Shown here piece by piece: positions 11,958 to 21,641 of a DNA stretch of 64,000 nt (the first letter of the stretch is position 1; each line of letters starts with the position of its first letter). Made by a program: the position numbers and the translations under genes. Location: the IMG/VR virus record IMGVR_UViG_3300027734_000034; one strand, given 5' to 3'. Source of the DNA: a virus (taxonomy: Duplodnaviria; Heunggongvirae; Uroviricota; Caudoviricetes). The notes beneath the pieces were generated by a model, which worked only from the letters and a program-made list of their open reading frames with translations, ran no database searches and had not been told where the DNA came from.

Positions 11958-12872
11958 ATGAAAAAATTATTAGTTATATTAACTGTATTAGTATTAGCAG
12001 CTTGTAGTAAAACAACAACTGCTCCTACAGCAACCGTAACAACATTCACCCCTTCTTTTGTAGTAGACTACAATGGATGTGGAACTGATCCAGTAATATC
12101 AGGTAACTCTGTTACATTCGGTTCAGGAACAAATTGTCAAGCAGGTAGACTTGTATCACAACAAGGATATGTGAATATCACACAAGTCAAAGCAACGATT
12201 GATCTGTCAAAACTATCACAGAACTATGTTAACGCTAGTTTCTACATGGTATCAAACCCAGTACAACCTAGTGTTCAACCAAAAGGCACTAACTACTGTG
12301 ATGCAGGTGGTAGCCAGAACCAATGGAACTGCCAAGAGATTGATATCATAGAAACAAATGGTAACAAAATCACACAATCTACATTACATCTAGGTACAGG
12401 TGGTTCTAGTGCTCCACAACGATATGAGTATTCATTCGCATCTACAGCGAATAACAGTTGTTTCAACTATTCATCAATGACTAGTTCACCTACTGCTACT
12501 AACGGATTACACAGTATGGTCAATGTCATTGACATGAGCAAACCATTTGATATGGTGACTGATTTCACATACGGAACAACTCCTACAATGAAAGTAACAT
12601 ATTCACAGAATGGTAATTTTGTGATAGTATATGATAGTAGTATTGGTACAGGTGCAGAAGGTAGTGGTAGTGTAGATATGACTTCATTGATAACTAGCAT
12701 GAAGAATGGTTACTGGTTGAATCTATCATTCTGGCAAGGCTTTAGCCCGACTGGCCCCGGTAGTGCTCCGTGGTGGAACAACAGTTGTTCATGGGGCGCA
12801 TTGTGCAATAATACAAGTGGATACTGGAGTATCAGCAACATACAAGTAACTGCTGATAGCGTAATAAAATGA
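11958..12872 (+). CDS. Lipoprotein with glycoside hydrolase GH7/GH16-like (clan B) motifs
   Basis: Signal peptide with LAAC lipobox; GTNYCDA, CQEIDIIETN (ExDxxE), IDMSKPFDMVTDF, LSFW, SNIQV. Confidence 0.6.
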   Translation: MKKLLVILTVLVLAACSKTTTAPTATVTTFTPSFVVDYNGCGTDPVISGNSVTFGSGTNCQAGRLVSQQGYVNITQVKATIDLSKLSQNYVNASFYMVSNPVQPSVQPKGTNYCDAGGSQNQWNCQEIDIIETNGNKITQSTLHLGTGGSSAPQRYEYSFASTANNSCFNYSSMTSSPTATNGLHSMVNVIDMSKPFDMVTDFTYGTTPTMKVTYSQNGNFVIVYDSSIGTGAEGSGSVDMTSLITSMKNGYWLNLSFWQGFSPTGPGSAPWWNNSCSWGALCNNTSGYWSISNIQVTADSVIK

Positions 12873-13972
12873 GTCAAGCACAATACGATTTACACACAAA
12901 GACAGATTACTTAAATCGTAAGATGTTTCTAGATCCGTTGGGTCCAGTTACTATCCAACGTTTTGAAGAAGTTAAATATAAGAAGATCGCAGACTTTGAT
13001 AGTACTGCTAGGGGATTCTTTTGGCAACCAGAAGAAATCAGTTTAACTAAAGATGCCAATGACTTCAAAGAAGCCAGTGATGCAGTTAAACATATCTTCA
13101 CTAGTAACTTACTACGACAGACAGCATTGGATAGTTTGCAAGGACGTGGACCAACACAAGTGTTTACCCCTGTATGTAGCATCCCTGAACTAGAAGCATT
13201 GATGTACAACTGGGGCTTCTTTGAGACAAATATTCACAGCAAGAGTTATAGCCATATCATTCGCAATATCTATAATGTGCCAAAAGATATATTCAATACT
13301 ATACACGATACACAAGAGATTGTGGATATGGCTGCAAGTATTGGCAAGTACTATGACAAACTACACGAGTTAAACTGTTTCAAAGAAATCAGTCCAAAGA
13401 CAGTAAGTGAAGAAACTCATATTAAAGCAATATGGTTAGCATTGAACGCAAGCTATGCATTAGAAGCATTTAGATTTATGGTATCATTTGCTACTAGTTT
13501 AGCAATGGTAGAGAACAAAATCTTTATTGGTAATGGTAATATTATTGGATTGATTTTACAAGATGAATTACTACACAAAGCATGGACTGCATACATCATC
13601 AATCAAGTAGTCAAAGAAGATGAAAGATTTGCTAAAGCAAAACAAGAGTGTGAAGGTGAAGTATATCAATTGTACTTAGATGTAATCCGTGAAGAAAAAC
13701 AATGGGCAGACTATTTGTTCAACAAAGGACCTGTAATTGGATTGAATGCTAATGTATTGAAAGACTTTGTTGATTATACAGCAGTAGGTGCATTGAAAGA
13801 GATCGGTATTAAATATCAAGGTAATGCGCCAAAGAGTACGCCTATACCTTGGTTCAACAAACATAGTGATACAAGCAAGAAGCAGACCGCACTACAAGAA
13901 AACGAATCAACAAATTATGTAATCGGTATTATGAGTGAATCACTTGATTACGACCAATTGCCAAATTTATAA
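12869..13972 (+). CDS. nrdB: Ribonucleotide reductase class Ia beta subunit
   Basis: FFWQPEE, DSLQGR, ETNIHSKSY, EAFRF, DELLH, QENESTNY. Confidence 0.96.
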   Translation: MSQAQYDLHTKTDYLNRKMFLDPLGPVTIQRFEEVKYKKIADFDSTARGFFWQPEEISLTKDANDFKEASDAVKHIFTSNLLRQTALDSLQGRGPTQVFTPVCSIPELEALMYNWGFFETNIHSKSYSHIIRNIYNVPKDIFNTIHDTQEIVDMAASIGKYYDKLHELNCFKEISPKTVSEETHIKAIWLALNASYALEAFRFMVSFATSLAMVENKIFIGNGNIIGLILQDELLHKAWTAYIINQVVKEDERFAKAKQECEGEVYQLYLDVIREEKQWADYLFNKGPVIGLNANVLKDFVDYTAVGALKEIGIKYQGNAPKSTPIPWFNKHSDTSKKQTALQENESTNYVIGIMSESLDYDQLPNL

Positions 13973-13983
13973 AAGGAAATAAG

Positions 13984-14214
13984 ATGAAAGCCATAGTATG
14001 GAGTAAGTACGACTGCCCTTATTGCGACCAAGCAAAAGCCTTACTAAAAAGTAAAGGGATACAGTTTGAAGAAAAGAAAATTGGTGATGGATACACCAAA
14101 GAAGATTTATTAGAAGCAGTACCAACTGCCAGATCAGTTCCGCAGATTTTCCTAGACGGAGAACTTGTGGGTGGGTTCACAGAACTCAGAAAAAAATTAA
14201 CAGAAAGCGTATAA
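13984..14214 (+). CDS. Glutaredoxin
   Basis: CPYC, SVPQIF, GGF. Confidence 0.95.
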   Translation: MKAIVWSKYDCPYCDQAKALLKSKGIQFEEKKIGDGYTKEDLLEAVPTARSVPQIFLDGELVGGFTELRKKLTESV

Positions 14215-14507
14215 TGGAAATTGGAAAAGTATTTACAATTAAATTGAATTCAGGTGAAGAATTGATTACTAAGGTAGTTGACATTACTAGAGATAACATC
14301 ATTATTGAAGAACCAGTGAGCATTGCACCAGGGCAACAAGGTATGCAAATGATACCTAGTATGTTTACTGCAAATCCTAAGGGTAAATTTACACTAAATA
14401 ATACTAGTATTAGTCTTTATGCAGAGACAGATGACAATATTAGAATGAAATATTTAGAAGCAACCACTGGAATTAAAGTACCGGATAAGAAAATCGTATT
14501 AGGATAA
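14214..14507 (+). CDS. Hypothetical phage protein (Sm-like fold suspected)
   Basis: TIKLNSGEELI..Y..ATTGI pattern. Confidence 0.5.
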   Translation: MEIGKVFTIKLNSGEELITKVVDITRDNIIIEEPVSIAPGQQGMQMIPSMFTANPKGKFTLNNTSISLYAETDDNIRMKYLEATTGIKVPDKKIVLG

Positions 14508-14508
14508 T

Positions 14509-14781
14509 ATGGCAAAAGTAAGCAGATTGGGTGACACAAATCAAGAAGGCGGTAGAATATTACGCGGCGCCAAGACGGTTTATGTTAATGGAATCCCAAT
14601 CGGTTTACATGTTAGTAGATTATCGGGGCATGGCGAAGATGAACACAGTGAGAATGTTGCGTATACTACAGAAGCTAGTCCAACAGTATTCGCTGAAGGT
14701 GTTGCTGTACTAAGAGTTGGGTCGGGTAATAGCTGCGGACATCGTATTGTTAAAGGCAGCGAGGATGTGTTTGTACCATGA
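14509..14781 (+). CDS. PAAR-like baseplate spike tip protein
   Basis: SRLGD, TVYVNG, SPTVFAEG, SCGH, GSEDVFV. Confidence 0.85.
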   Translation: MAKVSRLGDTNQEGGRILRGAKTVYVNGIPIGLHVSRLSGHGEDEHSENVAYTTEASPTVFAEGVAVLRVGSGNSCGHRIVKGSEDVFVP

Positions 14782-16919
14782 GTGATTCAGGAAAACAAAG
14801 TCCTTTGGGCGTTAACGTACTAAGCGGGTTATTGCAAAATACTGGCATAGGAATTAATTCTACCTCTGCTTCTTATATGGGTTCCAGTACTAGTATTAGC
14901 ACTTATACCTACGGTACAATAATCTCTAATACTGTACTTAATAACTTAACAAATGCAATAAGACAAGGATGGGTAAGATATAATGCCGGTGATATATCAT
15001 TGTCAACCTATACTAATTTATTAGCAATAGGTAGTACAACTATCCCTGCACTAGGCAATAGCCCACCAAGTACATACTCGGGTAGTCAAAGTTACAACTT
15101 TGCTTACACTGGACAAAATGCTAGCTATGGATATTACAGATTATTCGCTTGGCAAGCATATAACGAATACAATTATAATTCTAGTTTACCAAGCTATATA
15201 GATTTTTTGGGTTCTTTCCAACAAGCTGGATCATATATAAGCCAATCAAATCAATCTATAATGACTTTACAAAATTCTCTAGAATTTTTGACAGGCACTT
15301 ATAGTAATATGAATGACTTGACTACAGCAGATATAACTGGTGTAAGTTTATCAACTACTAATTTTGGTCAAGATTTAATTAATTTAGGTAAAGCACTAGA
15401 CTTAAAAACTATCGCTACATTTGGACTACCTTCTAATCTATTAGCTACTATAAAGAATGTTAATGGGTTAACAACATCATTGCGTATAGCATTACTCGCA
15501 AGTGGATTGTCAGTATCTGATGTAGATAGAGCAACTAGCAATAATAATGTAACAGCAAATCAACAACAAATGATTTATGGTGCATTCTTGATAATAGCAG
15601 GTGTTGACTTAGATGAAATATTGATTTCGTTAAATTGCAAGACAACAGGATTGGACACTTTAGCAGATTTATTGAACCCAAGTAAAATGTTTCCTAATAG
15701 CTATCTGACACTAACGGTTCCGGTATACAATGTAGGACAAACACAATCTACAAACAGCAAGACTTACTATCCTATATATACTAGTAGTGGAAGTTTGAAT
15801 TCAGGTTTAACTGCACCAGCTATAAAAGCACAAATAGGGTCAACATCACCGTCTGGTACTGCACAAGTATCATATACTGGATATAGTAGTATTAACAATG
15901 TACAAGTTATACCACAAGGATTTGGGTCTTATTTACAAGATTTAATACCAGCAGATATAGCAGTTGCAGCGGGCGCATTCAGTATGTCAATGCAGCAGAT
16001 AAAAAACATCACTAATGTTCCTATAGAAAAGTTTGCTCAAGTAGCAGCAAACTTAGAAACTACTCAAGGATTAAATTTAGTCAATGGAACAACTGTTCCA
16101 ACTGACACAATCAATGCACAGATAGCATTGACTTCAATAGCATTGGGTAGTGGAGCAAGTAATACATATACATATAGTGATTTCTTTGGTTCAATGTCTG
16201 GATTACCTTATCCATGGGAATTGATGCAAACACTAATACTATCTATTCAAACACCAACATTAGCAACTATATACGCAACTTTATATACTGCTACGCAAGG
16301 TGCTACTCTTGGATTAGATGCAGCAGTACAAGCACAAATTGATTTGGCAAATGCTGAGATATCAACAATAATGAATTTATCTTCAATTCAAGCAACACAA
16401 CTTAATAGTTTATATAGTAAAACTGCAACACAATTAAACATAGAACAACGTGCTAGGTATAACGGAATTAGTACTGTAGTATACAAGACACCAACTGTAT
16501 ATAGTTTTGTAGATAGTATACCTAATTATGCATTAGATACTCAACCTAATATGGCTGCACAAACATTAGAAGCTATTAGTAATTTAACTAATGTAACTGG
16601 ACAAAGTATAGTGGGTATGATGCGTGAGAATAGAAATCAAACTAGATTGAATTTAGTTGGAATTCCATTAGATAACAATATACCAGATAATGTTCCATTA
16701 AATGCACCAGATGCTGCACCAGCATATCCTGCTGATACAAGTATTATAACAGCACCTGACCCAATAGTAATACCCGGAAGTTTAGCAGAACCTGTGAATA
16801 TCATTCCAATTCCGCTAAATACTATAGACAATTCTTCGGTACTGTTACCTTCAGTACCTTCAATAGCGCAAGCTATCAATGATGTAATCACATGTAATTG
16901 TGATTGCTGGGTTCAATAA
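14778..16919 (+). CDS. Putative virion structural protein
   Basis: 713-aa S/T/N-rich ORF after PAAR; C-terminal CNCDCW. Confidence 0.5.
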   Translation: MSDSGKQSPLGVNVLSGLLQNTGIGINSTSASYMGSSTSISTYTYGTIISNTVLNNLTNAIRQGWVRYNAGDISLSTYTNLLAIGSTTIPALGNSPPSTYSGSQSYNFAYTGQNASYGYYRLFAWQAYNEYNYNSSLPSYIDFLGSFQQAGSYISQSNQSIMTLQNSLEFLTGTYSNMNDLTTADITGVSLSTTNFGQDLINLGKALDLKTIATFGLPSNLLATIKNVNGLTTSLRIALLASGLSVSDVDRATSNNNVTANQQQMIYGAFLIIAGVDLDEILISLNCKTTGLDTLADLLNPSKMFPNSYLTLTVPVYNVGQTQSTNSKTYYPIYTSSGSLNSGLTAPAIKAQIGSTSPSGTAQVSYTGYSSINNVQVIPQGFGSYLQDLIPADIAVAAGAFSMSMQQIKNITNVPIEKFAQVAANLETTQGLNLVNGTTVPTDTINAQIALTSIALGSGASNTYTYSDFFGSMSGLPYPWELMQTLILSIQTPTLATIYATLYTATQGATLGLDAAVQAQIDLANAEISTIMNLSSIQATQLNSLYSKTATQLNIEQRARYNGISTVVYKTPTVYSFVDSIPNYALDTQPNMAAQTLEAISNLTNVTGQSIVGMMRENRNQTRLNLVGIPLDNNIPDNVPLNAPDAAPAYPADTSIITAPDPIVIPGSLAEPVNIIPIPLNTIDNSSVLLPSVPSIAQAINDVITCNCDCWVQ

Positions 16920-16973
16920 CCAAAACATTTGGTTATTAATCAAAACTGTAGTATACTACAGAAAAGGAAAATT

Positions 16974-17516
16974 ATGTTTTTATCATTAAAAAATAAAATA
17001 GTATTACTGTCCATGATGTTTTTATCATTCATGGTTATTCCTTTGCCAACACAATCATTGTACAATTTACCAGAGATTAGTATACCTACTCTGAAGAAAA
17101 TTGACATGAAACAACTTGCGTGTATGGCAAAAAATATATATTATGAAGCGGGCGCTGAGATAATGCCTGGTCAAGCCGCTGTCGCCAGAGTAGTAATGAA
17201 TCGTGTTAATCATGGGTTCGCCGAGACTCCATGCAAAGTAATCTATCAAAAGACTACAATCAATGAAAATGTTGTATGTCAGTTTAGCTGGGTTTGCGAG
17301 GGCAAAGGTGATCCTAACCCTGCAAGCGCAAGATACAAGCAAGCAGAAATGATTGCGTACCAAGTAATGACAGGCATGTATAAAGATGTTGTTCCAAAGA
17401 CAACATTGTTCTTTCATTCGATACATGTTGATCCATCGTGGCCATACAAGCAAGTAGCAAAGATAGGTAATCACATTTTCTATAGCAAGCAAAGAGTCAA
17501 AAAAACTGATGATTGA
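16974..17516 (+). CDS. Cell wall hydrolase (SleB/Hydrolase_2 family)
   Basis: CMAKNIYYEA, VARVVMNRV, CQFSW, IGNHIFY; N-terminal TM segment. Confidence 0.9.
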   Translation: MFLSLKNKIVLLSMMFLSFMVIPLPTQSLYNLPEISIPTLKKIDMKQLACMAKNIYYEAGAEIMPGQAAVARVVMNRVNHGFAETPCKVIYQKTTINENVVCQFSWVCEGKGDPNPASARYKQAEMIAYQVMTGMYKDVVPKTTLFFHSIHVDPSWPYKQVAKIGNHIFYSKQRVKKTDD

Positions 17517-17985
17517 TGATAGTAAGCTAGATTGGAATTGGGAAAAGTATCTATCATCAAAAGAAGATGGCATACTGATTCCTAAACAAGATAACTTAGA
17601 ATATGATTTACTTACTACTGAGTGGATCATAGAAAAAGTTAAAAGTGATAAAGTCTATGCCCAACATCTATATGCGGCAATGTGCAACAATGACTTTATG
17701 CGTAATGATGTATGGCCTATACTAACTGAGAAAAAATGGAGTTGCAGTTGGAGACATGCAGGTGGAGTCATTTCTGAAATACGCGGTGAAGGTGATTATT
17801 TGGATTGGTACTGTAGTGGTATAGTTGATGCGGACGAAGATCAGTGGGGTATTTTAAGTGAAGATTCAAAGAAAAGACTACTTGAGACTAAAGCGCATGT
17901 AGCTGAAAGTGTTGTTACCGATGAAATACGCAAAGATTTGTTTAAATTAAATTGGATTGTAGTAGAAGATAAATCGTCCGACTAA
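17509..17985 (+). CDS. Hypothetical phage protein
   Basis: LYAAMCNN..WSCSWRHAGG..DYLDWYCSG. Confidence 0.6.
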   Translation: MIDDSKLDWNWEKYLSSKEDGILIPKQDNLEYDLLTTEWIIEKVKSDKVYAQHLYAAMCNNDFMRNDVWPILTEKKWSCSWRHAGGVISEIRGEGDYLDWYCSGIVDADEDQWGILSEDSKKRLLETKAHVAESVVTDEIRKDLFKLNWIVVEDKSSD

Positions 17986-18006
17986 ATACAACACAGGAGA
18001 TATATT

Positions 18007-18129
18007 ATGTTAGAAACTTTGTTATATTTATTGTTAGGTGCATTCGTCGGATGGAACTTCCCTCAACCACAATTTGCTAAAAACATTCAAGCAAAAGTTT
18101 TATCAATGTTTAATAAAGAGGCTAAATAA
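18007..18129 (+). CDS. Small membrane protein (40 aa, not in ORF track)
   Basis: MLETLLYLLLGAFVGWNFPQPQFAK...; AGGAG RBS; CTAAATA upstream; stop overlaps iscU start. Confidence 0.6.
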   Translation: MLETLLYLLLGAFVGWNFPQPQFAKNIQAKVLSMFNKEAK

Positions 18130-18509
18130 TGGCATATTCTCAACAAGTTGTAGATCACTATGAGAACCCACGTAACGTGGGTAGTTTTAGTAAAGAAGAT
18201 GAAGATGTGGGTACAGGAATGGTCGGTGCCCCAGCTTGCGGTGACGTAATGAAACTGCAAATTAAAGTAGATAAAGAAACGGGGTTAATAACAGATGCCA
18301 AATTTAAGACATATGGGTGTGGGTCGGCAATTGCTTCTTCAAGTCTTGTCACAGAGTGGGTCAAGGGTAAAACACTGGATGAAGCTGGAGCCCTCAAAAA
18401 CTCACTCATCGCCGAACACCTCGCCCTCCCACCAGTCAAAATCCATTGTAGTATCCTCGCCGAGGACGCCATCAAAGCCGCAGTAGCAGATTACCGTAAC
18501 AGGCACTAA
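18129..18509 (+). CDS. iscU: Fe-S cluster scaffold IscU
   Basis: DHYENPRNVG, GAPACGDVM, FKTYGCGSAIASSS, LPPVKIHCS. Confidence 0.97.
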   Translation: MAYSQQVVDHYENPRNVGSFSKEDEDVGTGMVGAPACGDVMKLQIKVDKETGLITDAKFKTYGCGSAIASSSLVTEWVKGKTLDEAGALKNSLIAEHLALPPVKIHCSILAEDAIKAAVADYRNRH

Positions 18510-18510
18510 C

Positions 18511-18807
18511 ATGAGTACAGAAGAAGATAAAATTAAGCACAGTAAACGCTTGCTTAAGGACGACAATGCCATCACCAAACAATTGCAAATCGCTAAGGAG
18601 ATGGGTCATGCAGGTCATGACAAATTCATCAAAGAACCACATCGTCTAGCAAAACATCATGCATTGGATTGTGGTAATCCAAAATGTCTGTTATGTCATA
18701 GTGAGAAAGTATTTGGTCACAAGACTATTCAAGAACAACGCTTTGACCAAGATGTAGAACATCCTAGAGGAAAACATAGTAATGGTTTGACAATAAAAGA
18801 AGATTGA
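18511..18807 (+). CDS. Hypothetical protein with Zn-finger-like motif
   Basis: HALDCGNPKCLLC. Confidence 0.55.
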   Translation: MSTEEDKIKHSKRLLKDDNAITKQLQIAKEMGHAGHDKFIKEPHRLAKHHALDCGNPKCLLCHSEKVFGHKTIQEQRFDQDVEHPRGKHSNGLTIKED

Positions 18808-18852
18808 CTGTTTGTGACCAGATAAATACTGTTAGACACACTAGGAGGATTT

Positions 18853-19314
18853 ATGTCACAAACAATGCAAAACTTAGCCGACGCTTTTGCTGGCGAATCA
18901 CAAGCACACACTAAGTATCGTTACTTTGCTAAAATTGCCCGAGAAGAAGGTAATGAAGAAATAGCAAAACATTTTGAACACACCGCAGATCAAGAGATTC
19001 TACATGCATGGGGACATCTAGAGTTAATGATCAAGAAGCCAACTACTGAAGAATGCTTACAAATGGCAATTGACGGGGAGACTTATGAATTTGAACATAT
19101 GTATCCTGAATTCAAAGAAACGGCTGAATTTGAAGGTAATATGGTTTTTGCTAATGAAGCGAATATGCAAATTCAAGAATCAAAAGAACATGCGGAGCAA
19201 TTCAAAGCATTGCTAACCAAAGCTGAAAAACGCTTTGGTGCATTAGCTAAGATTGAAAAGCGTCATGCTGAGGCATATCAAAAACATCTAACAACATATA
19301 AGGAGGCAGTATAA
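18853..19314 (+). CDS. Rubrerythrin (ferritin-like diiron protein)
   Basis: NLADAFAGESQA..Y, EILHA, GETYE, EHAEQF. Confidence 0.92.
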   Translation: MSQTMQNLADAFAGESQAHTKYRYFAKIAREEGNEEIAKHFEHTADQEILHAWGHLELMIKKPTTEECLQMAIDGETYEFEHMYPEFKETAEFEGNMVFANEANMQIQESKEHAEQFKALLTKAEKRFGALAKIEKRHAEAYQKHLTTYKEAV

Positions 19315-19442
19315 TGGAACATATATGCGTAGTATGCGGCCATGTCCACGATGAAACAATTGAAGGTAAATGGGAACAACTTCCTGACGACCATGTTTGC
19401 CCTGAGTGCGGATGCGGCAAAGAAGATTATGAATTGCTATAA
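19314..19442 (+). CDS. Rubredoxin (42 aa, not in ORF track)
   Basis: MEHICVVCGHVHDE..WEQLPDDHVCPECGCGKEDY; GGAGG RBS. Confidence 0.9.
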   Translation: MEHICVVCGHVHDETIEGKWEQLPDDHVCPECGCGKEDYELL

Positions 19443-19658
19443 GTGATAGAAACCCATAAAAGAACTATACTTAGAATGATCACCTATCGCTTAACTGCAT
19501 GGGTGTTTACCATAGTATGGACATATTTGTTTACTGGGAATTTAAGTAGTGCAGCTGGATTTGCTACTGCTTTACACATTTTATTAAGCATCGACTATTA
19601 CATACATGAACGTATATGGTTAAAAATAAAATGGGGAATAAGTGATGACAAAACTTAA
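19443..19658 (+). CDS. DUF2061-like small membrane protein
   Basis: ETHKRTILRMITYR..YYIHERIW..IKWG. Confidence 0.75.
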   Translation: MIETHKRTILRMITYRLTAWVFTIVWTYLFTGNLSSAAGFATALHILLSIDYYIHERIWLKIKWGISDDKT

Positions 19659-20310
19659 AATTCTTATAACAGGTAACCCTGACAAAGATATATCAAAAGA
19701 AATTGTCAATATTTATCCAGAAGCACATACTGTTTCAAGATCAGATAATTCAACATATCAAATGGATTTAACTATTGATACTAATGTTTTTGAATTAGCT
19801 AAAATAAGCAAAGACTATGATATAGTAATCAATTCTGCTTTGATACCAAATTTTGGGCAAACACGCATATTGCAAGCAGTATGGACCGAATGGAAAGTAG
19901 AAAAACATCAAGGGCATATAATTAGTTTTGGTTCAGCAGTTGATTATTTTTATAGACCAGACAATAGATTATATCCTATTGAAAAACGTGCGCTTAGAGA
20001 TTTAAATAGGTCTTTGTCCAAACATGTTACTTGGTACAATTCAAAAATAAAATGTACATATTTTAGCTTTGGTGGAGTATCAACAGAAAAAACACTCAAT
20101 CAATGGGGACATTTTTCACACTTTGATACGGTCGAGATTGCAAATTATACTAAATGGATAATTGAATCTCCTTCAACTGCTAATATAGATGAATTGCATA
20201 TAACACCTATTCAAACTGCAACGAAAGAAGAATTAAAAAAACTAAATAAGAACAATCCTATCAAATGGGATTCCGGTGACACCCGTTCTTTTCTTATATC
20301 AGCCGAATAA
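19645..20310 (+). CDS. Short-chain dehydrogenase/reductase-like protein
   Basis: ILITG, DIVINSA, YPIEK (YxxxK). Confidence 0.7.
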   Translation: MTKLKILITGNPDKDISKEIVNIYPEAHTVSRSDNSTYQMDLTIDTNVFELAKISKDYDIVINSALIPNFGQTRILQAVWTEWKVEKHQGHIISFGSAVDYFYRPDNRLYPIEKRALRDLNRSLSKHVTWYNSKIKCTYFSFGGVSTEKTLNQWGHFSHFDTVEIANYTKWIIESPSTANIDELHITPIQTATKEELKKLNKNNPIKWDSGDTRSFLISAE

Positions 20311-20311
20311 T

Positions 20312-21037
20312 ATGAAAAATCTTTGGAAGAAAAAAATTATAGATTTAGCAGCAATGCAACTTGATTTTCCTGTGACGGATGAAGATATCTTGATTATGGC
20401 TAAGGAAATAGATAATATCCCTGACAAATACTGGTATTGGTGTACATTCAGGGAGTCTTATCTACTATGTCTATATGGCAACGAAGATGTAAATAATAAA
20501 AAAGATATGTATTGGTTGTCATTTGCTAACAATTGCACAAAGATAAAAGAGTTATGTAATAATTTTATTTTTCCAATGACAGATATTAGACCTAGAATAA
20601 TTATTATTAGAACAATGCCTGGGATGAAGATGAGGTTGCACACAGATTGTTATGCAGATCAAATGGAAAAATTAGAACCAAAACTTAGACTAGTACTTAA
20701 AGGTAGAAACAACACCTTGTATTATGTCAACGATAAAAAAGAACAGATACACATTCCTAATTCTTGGAGAGGATACTTAATGTCCGGTGCTGCACTACAT
20801 GGCATGGACAATGAAACTGAAGAAAAATATACATTATGTTGGGGTGATCCATGGACCGGTGATGAATTAAATAATGATAAATTTTTTGAGTATATAACAT
20901 CACAATATACCAAATATAGCAGTGATGCTATTCGTGTATCATCTTTAGGTAAAGTTGATCATGCTATCGGAATAAAAGACCCTAACAAAGAAAAAATATA
21001 TAGCTGGGATGATTGGCATGAACGTAAAAATAGTTGA
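20312..21037 (+). CDS. 2OG-Fe(II) oxygenase/cupin-like protein
   Basis: LHTD (HxD) ... ALHG. Confidence 0.55.
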   Translation: MKNLWKKKIIDLAAMQLDFPVTDEDILIMAKEIDNIPDKYWYWCTFRESYLLCLYGNEDVNNKKDMYWLSFANNCTKIKELCNNFIFPMTDIRPRIIIIRTMPGMKMRLHTDCYADQMEKLEPKLRLVLKGRNNTLYYVNDKKEQIHIPNSWRGYLMSGAALHGMDNETEEKYTLCWGDPWTGDELNNDKFFEYITSQYTKYSSDAIRVSSLGKVDHAIGIKDPNKEKIYSWDDWHERKNS

Positions 21038-21641
21038 TGCAAATAGTATAGATGTTTATAACTTTAGAAAAGAAATTATCTGCGTAGATGAAAAATCAAT
21101 TGAAGATTATCTAACAGACGATATCAAATACAATAAAAATATACCTGAAGAAGTTTGGAAATTTAGCAAACTTAAATGGGAATCTCTTGGGTTTGATGCA
21201 TTATATGCAGTATATGTAAATGACGAGATTGCTGCCATTAGTGGCGCAAAGTTATACGGAAGATTTCTTAGGGTCGGAATGATGTATTATGTTCTTAAAA
21301 GGTTTAGAAAATCCGTTAGGAGTACATTATGGGCTAATGATGGAATGTTAACAACGGCTGTTAATGATTTTGCTAAACAAATAGATTACAGTTTTGTTTC
21401 TATATATGCACATAATACACGATTAGAAGCATGGTGCCGCGCTTTAATTCGCGGGAAACGGTACGGTCAGATAGGAAACGGGACAGAGCATATTGATTTA
21501 CTTAAAAGTTATACGATGGATAACGATCTAATCATGTTTAATAATGTTCCTCAGTATATTTTGTATAGAAAAGAAACAACAAATGACATTGATCCTGATA
21601 TATTCTTAGAAAAGTTATCAACGCTAATAAATACAACATGA
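21018..21641 (+). CDS. GNAT-like hypothetical protein
   Basis: LRVGMMYYVLKRFR resembles acyltransferase motif A. Confidence 0.4.
   Translation: MNVKIVDANSIDVYNFRKEIICVDEKSIEDYLTDDIKYNKNIPEEVWKFSKLKWESLGFDALYAVYVNDEIAAISGAKLYGRFLRVGMMYYVLKRFRKSVRSTLWANDGMLTTAVNDFAKQIDYSFVSIYAHNTRLEAWCRALIRGKRYGQIGNGTEHIDLLKSYTMDNDLIMFNNVPQYILYRKETTNDIDPDIFLEKLSTLINTT

Noticed and set aside
17067-17630. 187-aa minus-strand ORF (likewise 62140-62652 and 62856-63338)
   Set aside because: Antisense to well-supported plus-strand genes; no motifs
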